Origin: Bacteroidales bacterium
Lineage (GTDB): Bacteria; Bacteroidota; Bacteroidia; Bacteroidales; ML635J-15
DNA: 64,000 nt
Direction of reading: 5' to 3'
NCBI GenBank assembly: GCA_016937855.1
Contig: JAFGVU010000025.1
Span: forward strand, 464 to 64,463
The translations under genes were made by a program, and so were the position numbers. Shown here one piece after another: positions 56,631 through 64,000 of this stretch. The notes below the pieces were generated by a model that was given only the letters and a program-made list of their open reading frames with translations, was not told the DNA's origin and did no database searches. Each line of letters opens with the position of its first letter. Position 1 is the stretch's first letter.

Positions 56631-57410
56631 CTATTTGGTATTTAGTTTAGTAATTAAAATTTCTAATTTATTATTAATGTCATCCACTTTCTTCTCTAAT
56701 TCATCATTATTATCACTTAACATCGCCTCTACAAATATCGAATTAACTAAAGAAAGGCCAAATATCCCTCCAGTAATGACAATAAAAATAAAATACAAAT
56801 ATATAAAAAATGTATAAGTTTGCGATAATCCTTCAGAAAGTATCTCTGGAATCTCAAACCATCCCTCAATTGTAAATATTTTAAATACAGAATAAAGTGA
56901 AATTAATGGATTCCCAAAACATGCAGGATACAAATCTTTAAATAAATAATGAGAAAAAACCCCAACAATAAAAATATAAACAGCAAACCCGATCATAATT
57001 AAAATCGTCGTCTTCAATGCCCTAGTTATCCCTAAAATAAGTTCACTAAGTCCAGGTACAAATTTTATAAACCTCAAAAACTTAAAAACTCTAAGTATTC
57101 TCAAGACTAACAAAACACTTAAATCGATAAAATCCAAACTAAAAGCGTATGTAACCAACGATGGTACAGCCAAAAATACTAATACAAAATCAAAAACATT
57201 CCATTTTACACGAAAATAACTTTTAAACCCAAATTCTTTTACTTTAAATAATACTTCCAGCAAAAACAAAACTGTAATTATACTGTCAAACATTAAGATT
57301 CGAGATTTAATAACAGTTGAATATTCAAACCCACTAATAAAAATTAAAATTGCATTAATAATTATTAATACTAGAATAAATCTATCATTTAAAAAAAGTC
57401 TTCTAATCAT
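56631..57410 (-). CDS. Bacterial voltage-gated cation channel, NaChBac/BacNav family (6TM, single domain)
   Basis: Collinear with NaChBac: WNVFDFVLV (S3); S4 LRILRVFKFLRFIK (57060-57110) with 5 R/K at i+3 spacing; pore FGNPLISLYSVFKIFTIEGW (filter 56859-56873); C-terminal coiled coil. Confidence 0.85.
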   Translation of the reverse strand: MIRRLFLNDRFILVLIIINAILIFISGFEYSTVIKSRILMFDSIITVLFLLEVLFKVKEFGFKSYFRVKWNVFDFVLVFLAVPSLVTYAFSLDFIDLSVLLVLRILRVFKFLRFIKFVPGLSELILGITRALKTTILIMIGFAVYIFIVGVFSHYLFKDLYPACFGNPLISLYSVFKIFTIEGWFEIPEILSEGLSQTYTFFIYLYFIFIVITGGIFGLSLVNSIFVEAMLSDNNDELEKKVDDINNKLEILITKLNTK

Positions 57411-57459
57411 CGTTTAAATATAATTAAATTAGTCACTAAATACAACTCGAACCATATCC

Positions 57460-57467
57460 CAAATGTA
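57460..57467 (-). promoter_or_regulatory. Candidate -7 promoter box TACATTTG upstream of the channel gene
   Basis: The minus strand reads agTACATTTGgg and matches TAnnTTTG, about 50 nt upstream of ATG 57410. Confidence 0.3.
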
Positions 57468-57479
57468 CTATGTCCCCTC

Positions 57480-57671
57480 CTAATCAGTTGAGTCGATTTT
57501 TCTTTTTAATCTAAAATTTTCATAAACTAATGTAATTATTCCAATCATGGTTCCAACTATCATTAGAACAATGCCATCGTGAAATTTTAGAATTTTCAAC
57601 AGGCCACCAGATAGAATTAAAATCGTTGATACTAATAGAATTATGTTTACAGTTCTTCTTATCCTATTCAT
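57480..57671 (-). CDS. 63-aa two-TM small membrane protein
   Basis: MNRIRRTVNIILLVSTILILSGGLLKILKFHDGIVLMIVGTMIGIITLVYENFRLKRKIDSTD. The track ORF (57480..57785) runs through the tnaA terminator and into tnaA, so it was trimmed to the first ATG after the terminator. Confidence 0.5.
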   Translation of the reverse strand: MNRIRRTVNIILLVSTILILSGGLLKILKFHDGIVLMIVGTMIGIITLVYENFRLKRKIDSTD

Positions 57672-57687
57672 TTCAATATCTTTAACT

Positions 57688-57720
57688 AAAAAAAGGCGGA
57701 CATTTCTAAATTTGTCCGCC
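57688..57720 (-). terminator. Rho-independent terminator of tnaA
   Basis: Minus strand: ggcggaca-aatttagaaa-tgtccgcc followed by T7. Confidence 0.8.
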
Positions 57721-57733
57721 ATTATCATTTTTA

Positions 57734-59110
57734 TTACGCCTTTTTCAACTCCACAGTAAAGTGTCTCATTATTGGAGCTTCCCAAGTGATTTCTAGGCCT
57801 GCTTTTATTTGGTCTCTGCGATCGTAAACATTTTTAAGGGCAGCAGCGATATAATCCATGTGATTGTTGGTGTAAACACGACGAGGAATTGCAAGTCTTA
57901 AAAGTTCGAGTTTAGGATAACGGTTTTCGCGCGTTACAGGGTCGCGGTCGGCAAGTATTGCCCCAATCTCCACGCCACGAATTCCACCTTCGAGATACAA
58001 TTCAACACCTAAAGTTTGAGCTCTAAATTGTTCCTTTGGCACATTTGGCAATATTTTATTAGCGTCAACAAAAATTGCATGTCCGCCAATTGGGTATTGA
58101 ATGGGCACACCATATTCGCGTAGTTTTTCGCCAAGATACTCAACCTGTTTTATTCGTGTTTCGAGATAATCGAACTCTGTCGCCTCATCAAGTCCAACAG
58201 CTAGTGCTGCCATATCGCGACCTGCCATACCTCCATAAGTTACAAATCCCTCGAACATAATGTTAAAAGTACATGCTTTGCGATAGGTTTCCTCGTCTTT
58301 AAAACCGATAAATCCACCCATATTTACCAAACCGTCTTTCTTGGAGCTCATTGTTGCATAATCTGCATATTTATACATCTCAGCAACAATCTCTTTTATT
58401 GTCCAATCCTTGTAAGCTTCTTCGCGCAATTTAATAAAATAGGCATTTTCGGCAAAACGAGCAGAGTCGTACATTACCGGAATGCCATATTTTTTACTCA
58501 AAGCATACACATCTTTCATGTTTTGAATAGAAACCGGCTGTCCTCCTGATGAATTACATGTAACGGTAACTATACAGCAAGATATTTTTTCCTTGGGATA
58601 TCCTTTATAAACTTTTTCGAGCTTTTCAAGATCAAGATTCCCCTTAAAAGGATGATTAAGTGTAGTATCAAAAGCCTCATCAATAGTACAATCTACTGCG
58701 GTAGCCTTACGAAATTCTATGTGCCCTTTAGTGGTATCAAAATGTGAGTTTCCGGGCACAATATCTCCCTCTTTAACCATAACAGAGAATAATACATTTT
58801 CTGCCGCTCTACCCTGATGTGTTGGAAGAAAATAGTCAAAGCCCATAATTCTTTTTACTGTATCTTTAAGCTCATGAAAGCTACGTGCTCCGGCATAAGA
58901 TTCATCTCCCGTCATAATTGCTGCCCACTGACGGTCACTCATTGCACCTGTTCCGCTGTCGGTTAAAAGGTCAATAAATACCTTATCACTTTTTAACTTA
59001 AATAAATTGTACTTTGCCTCTTTCATCCAGGCTTCGCGTTGTTCTCTTGTGCTCCTTTTGAGCGGTTCTATCATTTTGATTTTATACGATTCTGAAAATG
59101 GTAATTCCAT
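57734..59110 (-). CDS. tnaA: Tryptophanase (beta-eliminating lyase family; tyrosine phenol-lyase not excluded)
   Basis: FIDLLTDSGTGAMS, PTHQGRAAE, DSARFAENAYFIK and the PLP-Lys region SSKKDGLVNMGG. Collinear with E. coli TnaA. Confidence 0.85.
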   Translation of the reverse strand: MELPFSESYKIKMIEPLKRSTREQREAWMKEAKYNLFKLKSDKVFIDLLTDSGTGAMSDRQWAAIMTGDESYAGARSFHELKDTVKRIMGFDYFLPTHQGRAAENVLFSVMVKEGDIVPGNSHFDTTKGHIEFRKATAVDCTIDEAFDTTLNHPFKGNLDLEKLEKVYKGYPKEKISCCIVTVTCNSSGGQPVSIQNMKDVYALSKKYGIPVMYDSARFAENAYFIKLREEAYKDWTIKEIVAEMYKYADYATMSSKKDGLVNMGGFIGFKDEETYRKACTFNIMFEGFVTYGGMAGRDMAALAVGLDEATEFDYLETRIKQVEYLGEKLREYGVPIQYPIGGHAIFVDANKILPNVPKEQFRAQTLGVELYLEGGIRGVEIGAILADRDPVTRENRYPKLELLRLAIPRRVYTNNHMDYIAAALKNVYDRRDQIKAGLEITWEAPIMRHFTVELKKA

Positions 59111-59205
59111 AATATTTCTTTTAAAAAATTAAACTTTTGTTGATTTTAGAGTTTAGAAAACTCTTGAAAAATTAGACTGGAAATTACGCACAAAATGAAT
59201 CGCGC

Positions 59206-59221
59206 TCCTTAATATTAAGGA
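59206..59221. promoter_or_regulatory. Perfect 16-bp palindrome tccttaatattaagga in the tnaA upstream region
   Basis: Self-complementary, about 95-110 nt upstream of the tnaA ATG (59110). Confidence 0.45.
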
Positions 59222-59439
59222 AGACAAAATTGGCTAAAACGTTGATAATTCGTAAGTTAGTCATAAATCCTCAAATTGTCACCTACAAATTTACAATTAT
59301 TTCTCCTTACTAAATAAAAATTTGTGCACTTTTTTTCAATAATGCTATTAAACACTATTTTTTTATCATTTAAGTAATTTCACTGATAGTTTGATAATTA
59401 AAATAGTATTACTTTTGCCTTGATTTTAGAGAGCTAAAA

Positions 59440-60045
59440 ATGACCATGAAAAGAAACATAATCATTGTAATATCACTGTTTTTGATATTTGCTTGTAACA
59501 GCAAACCACGCGAGTTGCATAACGAAGATGTTTTTTCTGATACAATTACAAACGAAAAAGTCATAACTGTTGATGACACCAATACAAATGAGTCATATTT
59601 TGAAAATGATGACGAACTGTTTAATGACACCACGCCTATTGACGAATATTATAGCGATCCTTTAGTTGTATCATATTCTCAACACAGCGATACAATGGTA
59701 ATTAGCGAAGACTGCGTAATATTTCTTTGGCCTGATAGTTTAGAACTTGTCGAGATTCAAAAAAAATACCCCGATGGATATCTCGAAATTCTTGACGATA
59801 TGATTTATTATGCTTCTGATGCCGCCATTGCATTAGACGATGCCGGGATTAGAAACTTCTTTTGCGACAAATCTGTTCTTCAGTTTAAAGGTACAAAAAA
59901 AGATACTTTTCTAAAACGCAAAAAAGTTGAAGGAAACATGATTTTTTATAAATCTACCCAAAAGCCGCAAATATCGTATGCAATCGAGTTTAAAATTGAC
60001 GAAGCAATAAACTTTTTCTCGGAGAGTAGCGATTCAATTGAATAA
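59440..60045 (+). CDS. Hypothetical lipoprotein (201 aa)
   Basis: Lipobox LIFAC, followed by an acidic low-complexity N-terminal region. Confidence 0.6.
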   Translation: MTMKRNIIIVISLFLIFACNSKPRELHNEDVFSDTITNEKVITVDDTNTNESYFENDDELFNDTTPIDEYYSDPLVVSYSQHSDTMVISEDCVIFLWPDSLELVEIQKKYPDGYLEILDDMIYYASDAAIALDDAGIRNFFCDKSVLQFKGTKKDTFLKRKKVEGNMIFYKSTQKPQISYAIEFKIDEAINFFSESSDSIE

Positions 60046-60143
60046 ATCAGATAAAAATATTATCTCATTTATTGTATTTCTCACATCAAAAAAACGCACC
60101 ATATTACATTTTTAGTTTATTTTTGCATTACAAACCATGAAAA

Positions 60144-63122
60144 ATGAATTTTAGAAAAGTCATAACTAAAAAGTATGTTTGGATACCACTAATTGTACTT
60201 AGCATTGGTGGATTAATATTGCTAGGGATTACACTTTTTAGCTCGAAAACCCCAAAAGCCCCTGATGGTTTCGCAGCATTCTACAACTATCCTTCTCAAG
60301 AAATTGACTCTATAGTTAGCTTGATGAAAGAGCCTCAAAAAGCCGAATATTTAATAATGCTTACAAACTATGATAAAAAAGAATTCGAGGAAAATAAATC
60401 AAACTTTTATGGAACCTTTTTACTTAATCTTGTCAATGATTCTGCCGATATAGTTTTAAGCGATTTTTTATCCTTAAAACACTCTATAAATGCTGTAAGC
60501 GAAAATGTTCTTACCTCCTATTCTTCCGACAGCATTCTTTTTGCAAATCCGAATCTGATTGAAACCATAAGCGATATCGAATTTAAATCAAAATACAATG
60601 CATATATTATTCATAACCTAAAAAAGTTTAATGTAAATGCTCTTGTAATAGACTATAAAATTCCTAAAAAAACTGATACTACAAGTCAAAAATGGATTCA
60701 GCAACATTTCTTAATTAAGCTAAAATCTCTGCATCAAAACAATATTCTTAGTTTTATAAGCATTGACACCATACCCGAATTCGCCGATGAGAATACTAAA
60801 AAAATAATTAAGCAATCGCTACAAGAACTTGCCGACTCAGGACTGTGCGGAATTATATTTAAAAAATCGGAAAATATAAATTTTATTCAAGACATAAATT
60901 TTGATGGTTTAAAAGTGTTAAACTCAGGCAACACCACTCCGACAAAAAACGATTTGCAAAAATATGATGTGTTTCTGATAAATTCTTCCCAAGTAAATAA
61001 AGTCGAAATAATAAATAAAATTGTCGATTTAAAAGAAAAAGAAAGTTTATACATTAAAACATCGAAAGTTCTGAGAGCCGGATATTGGGCAAACGACAAT
61101 AAGCAGACTGTTGACACAACAATATTTTTCCCAAAAATTTCTCTTTTAGAAAGCAATCTAATCGAAAATTCTATTACAGTTTTACGTAACGAAAATGATT
61201 TATTGCCGCTTAAAGATATACGCACAAAACTTCATATCATAATTGCCTCATCAGAACCACATCCCGAGTTTTTGGAGATGCTTTCTAACTATGCCGAAAA
61301 CTACACTTTTGCATATTATGACTTTAATTCGACGAAACACCCTTATATTCCATCAACAGCAGGAAGTGTTGTTTTTATTATGGAAAGCGACTCATATCAA
61401 GACTCTGCATCAAACAAAATCAATTCAATATTCGAACAATTCAATGGCAATTTAATAGTTCTAAACATGGGAGAAATGCCCATCGATATAGCCGAAATAA
61501 AATCAACCTCGCTCGTACAGATATACTCTACAAACCAGATTGCATATAAGTTTGCTGCCCAGCTAATTTGGGGAGGTATTGGATCCGGTGGAAAACTAAG
61601 CTCTTACATCAACGATACTTTAAAAACCGGTTCTGGAATTGTTACAAGTAAAGTAAGATTAAAGTATTCTATTCCCGAGGATGTTAGTTTAAACTCCGAC
61701 ACTTTAAAAAAGATAGATAGTATTATAAACTATGCACTATCGACAGGAGTTATGCCGGGCTGTCAGGTTTTTATAGCGAAAAACGGCGTTGTAGTTTACG
61801 ATAAAGCTTTCGGACATCACGACTACTCAAGACAGAACCCTGTAAAAACTCATGATTTGTACGACATTGCATCATTAACAAAGATTTGCGGCACAACTTT
61901 AGCAATGATGAAAATGGTTGAACAAGGCAAAATCAGATTAGATGACCCTCTTGAAAAATATTTTGAAGACACCGACATAGATTACAGTAATATTAAGCCG
62001 GATACCGTGATTTTTATAGACACTATTTCAATTTTTAACAAAACCGAAAAAGAGATAGAAAAACTTGTAGAAAACAAGGACACAATTCACATAAATGACA
62101 CCTTAGTAGAACTAACAGAGATAGTAATTACACGATTGACACCAAGTTTAAACATTTTTAAAGTAACACCTCGCGACCTATTGGTTCACCAAAGTGGAGT
62201 AAGCCCGTCATTACCAATATTGCCCTATATGTTTTATATGGATTCATATGGCGAGCTCCTTCGAAAACAAAGAGACGAAAATGACTCAATTCAGGCAATC
62301 TTAAAAATCGACACAATAAAAGTTGACACAAATATTGTATTCACAAAAGAAGAGGCATTTAATTGCTATTATAGTAAAACTTGGCAAAAAGATTCGGCCG
62401 AAGTAAAAATAGCAGAAAATATGTATTTACGTAAAAGGTGGGCCGACAGTCTATATAAAGATGTCAAACGACTTACTGTTTATCCTCGAAAAATCTATCA
62501 ATATACTGACATGAATATGATTTTGGCAGCCATGCTGATCGACACTGTAAACGATAAGCCAATAAACGAATATTTATATAAGGAGTTTTATGAAACTTTA
62601 GGATTAAGAAGTACTTCTTATAATCCTCTAAAATATTATCCAAAGCACAAAATTGCCCCAACAGAAACTGAAAGATATTGGCGTAACCAGACAATTTGGG
62701 GAACAGTGCACGACCCATCAGCAGCTATGCTAGGTGGTATTTCTGGCAATGCGGGACTTTTTTCCAGTGCATCTGACTTAGGCATTATTGGGCAGATGTG
62801 GCTTAATGGCGGCTCTTATGGTGGTATTAGATATTTGAACCCGGGTACGATAAAAATGTTTTCGGCTACACAACCCGAAAATCACAGAGGTTTGGGGTTC
62901 GACAAAGCTGCCATTAAAAACCTAAATGCCCCGTCAGCACCACCATCAACTTATGGCCACACCGGTTTCACAGGATGCGTAATGTGGATAGATCCAGAAA
63001 ACGAAATTGTGTATATTTTTCTATCCAATCGTTTACATCCGGATGTTAAAAACTGGAAAATATTAGGACAACGAGTACTACAAAATGTCCATCAGGTTAT
63101 TTATGATGCAATGGAAAATTGA
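60144..63122 (+). CDS. Large membrane-anchored serine hydrolase: beta-lactamase/PBP-like C-terminal domain with a large (GH3-like?) N-terminal region
   Basis: N-terminal TM helix. C-terminal SxxK (IASLTK), YTD and HTG (GHTGFTG) motifs of the class-C-like beta-lactamase family. Confidence 0.75.
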   Translation: MNFRKVITKKYVWIPLIVLSIGGLILLGITLFSSKTPKAPDGFAAFYNYPSQEIDSIVSLMKEPQKAEYLIMLTNYDKKEFEENKSNFYGTFLLNLVNDSADIVLSDFLSLKHSINAVSENVLTSYSSDSILFANPNLIETISDIEFKSKYNAYIIHNLKKFNVNALVIDYKIPKKTDTTSQKWIQQHFLIKLKSLHQNNILSFISIDTIPEFADENTKKIIKQSLQELADSGLCGIIFKKSENINFIQDINFDGLKVLNSGNTTPTKNDLQKYDVFLINSSQVNKVEIINKIVDLKEKESLYIKTSKVLRAGYWANDNKQTVDTTIFFPKISLLESNLIENSITVLRNENDLLPLKDIRTKLHIIIASSEPHPEFLEMLSNYAENYTFAYYDFNSTKHPYIPSTAGSVVFIMESDSYQDSASNKINSIFEQFNGNLIVLNMGEMPIDIAEIKSTSLVQIYSTNQIAYKFAAQLIWGGIGSGGKLSSYINDTLKTGSGIVTSKVRLKYSIPEDVSLNSDTLKKIDSIINYALSTGVMPGCQVFIAKNGVVVYDKAFGHHDYSRQNPVKTHDLYDIASLTKICGTTLAMMKMVEQGKIRLDDPLEKYFEDTDIDYSNIKPDTVIFIDTISIFNKTEKEIEKLVENKDTIHINDTLVELTEIVITRLTPSLNIFKVTPRDLLVHQSGVSPSLPILPYMFYMDSYGELLRKQRDENDSIQAILKIDTIKVDTNIVFTKEEAFNCYYSKTWQKDSAEVKIAENMYLRKRWADSLYKDVKRLTVYPRKIYQYTDMNMILAAMLIDTVNDKPINEYLYKEFYETLGLRSTSYNPLKYYPKHKIAPTETERYWRNQTIWGTVHDPSAAMLGGISGNAGLFSSASDLGIIGQMWLNGGSYGGIRYLNPGTIKMFSATQPENHRGLGFDKAAIKNLNAPSAPPSTYGHTGFTGCVMWIDPENEIVYIFLSNRLHPDVKNWKILGQRVLQNVHQVIYDAMEN

Positions 63123-63126
63123 TATT

Positions 63127-64000
63127 TTACCTTTTCTTCCTGTTTCTTGCAGCAAAAAACTCTTGCTTCTTTCTCATTTTTTCCTTCTCAAATGCCGATT
63201 TTTCCTTTGCTGTCATAGGTCTTTCAGTTTGAGGATATGGATTAACATTAACAATTTCAATTTTTTGTCTGATTAGTTTTTCTATATCCTTTATAAAACC
63301 ATTCTCTTCAGGATCACAAATAGAAATAGATATACCCTCATCTCCAGCCCTTCCGGCTCTTCCAATTCTGTGAACATAAGTTTCGGCAATGTTTGGAATA
63401 TCATAATTTATTACATATTTCAACTTGTCGATATCAATACCTCTTGCAGCAATGTCGGTAGCAACGAGAACCCTTAGCTCTCTATCTTTAAATTGTTTTA
63501 ACACCTTCTGCCTGTGATTCTGAGCTTTATTACCATGTATTGCTGCTGTCCTAATTTCTTGTTGTAATAAAAACTTTGATATCTTGTCAGCACCATGCTT
63601 TGTTCTGGAAAACAATAAAACCTGATCGATGTCTTTTTCTTTTAGAATATAAAGTAGTAAGTCCTTCTTGGTAGATTTATTTGTGTAATATAAATATTGC
63701 TTCAGAGTATCGGCTGTTGATGAAACAGGACTTACTTCAACTTTCATTGGATTATTTAAAATCTTACGTGAAAGTTCAACGATTGAGCTTGGCATAGTTG
63801 CAGAAAAAAACAAAGATTGCCGTTTAGTTGGCAATTTAGCAATTATTTTTCTAATATCATGAATAAATCCCATATCGAGCATGCGGTCAGCCTCATCTAG
63901 TACAAAATATTTGACATCATTTAACCTTACATACCCCTGATCCATCAAATCTAATAGTCTTCCCGGAGTTGCGACTAAAACATCTATTCCCCTCTTTAGT
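63127..64000 (-). CDS. DEAD-box ATP-dependent RNA helicase (RhlE-like), 5' end beyond the window
   Basis: VLDEADRMLDMGF, FSATMP and HRIGRAGRAG motifs, with a basic C-terminal tail. The frame stays open past nt 63948 to the window edge. Confidence 0.9.
   Translation of the reverse strand, partial: LKRGIDVLVATPGRLLDLMDQGYVRLNDVKYFVLDEADRMLDMGFIHDIRKIIAKLPTKRQSLFFSATMPSSIVELSRKILNNPMKVEVSPVSSTADTLKQYLYYTNKSTKKDLLLYILKEKDIDQVLLFSRTKHGADKISKFLLQQEIRTAAIHGNKAQNHRQKVLKQFKDRELRVLVATDIAARGIDIDKLKYVINYDIPNIAETYVHRIGRAGRAGDEGISISICDPEENGFIKDIEKLIRQKIEIVNVNPYPQTERPMTAKEKSAFEKEKMRKKQEFFAARNRKKR

Noticed and set aside
57672-57785. Long version of the small membrane ORF (57480..57785), overlapping tnaA by 52 nt.
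   Set aside because: It would be translated through the tnaA terminator hairpin (57688-57720) and overlap tnaA out of frame. The shorter ATG at 57671 is preferred.
59111-59439. TnaC-like leader peptide / attenuator upstream of tnaA.
   Set aside because: The small ORFs present (MIKK*; 26-aa MTNLRIINVLANFVFLNIKERDSFCA*) contain no Trp, and no Rho-dependent boxA/rut-like context is recognisable.

Overview
Low-GC chromosomal segment from a Bacteroidota-type genome. Evidence for that lineage: the rpmB-rpmG-DUF4295-ftsY arrangement, many T9SS C-terminal sorting domains, TAnnTTTG-like promoter boxes, and no obvious Shine-Dalgarno use. The window contains dnaA and is mostly housekeeping or envelope genes: ftsY, L28/L33, RelA/SpoT, trkA, Fe/Mn-SOD, tryptophanase, AbgT, a TonB-dependent receptor, a PgpH-like HD protein and a DEAD-box helicase. 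It also carries a dense set of secreted or T9SS cargo proteins, including S8 and S1 proteases, Ig/FN3-like proteins and CotH. I recognised no rRNA, tRNA, CRISPR array, transposase or integrase. The most interesting region is a small, visibly more AT-rich accessory patch at about 52.9-57.7 kb on the minus strand. It holds a decayed RhuM gene and a Fic protein with an internal 12-nt tandem repeat. Next to these is a self-contained cassette of a 63-aa 2-TM protein and a NaChBac/BacNav-type voltage-gated ion channel. The channel gene ends 2 nt before the start of a 616-aa protein with a C-terminal Mrr-like PD-(D/E)xK nuclease core. I flag this channel + nuclease cassette as a candidate undescribed defence or abortive-infection module linked to membrane potential. 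Secondary items: a LOG / dGTPase-like / SiaB-like kinase / SiaC-like (DUF1987) four-gene operon; a 171-nt nested-hairpin element between the PgpH-like and NlpC/P60 genes; and a highly structured 0.5-kb ORF-free spacer after rpmB. Many ORF-track starts are TTG/GTG extensions, and I trimmed these to the first plausible ATG or signal peptide. All functional calls come from motif recognition by eye, not database searches.
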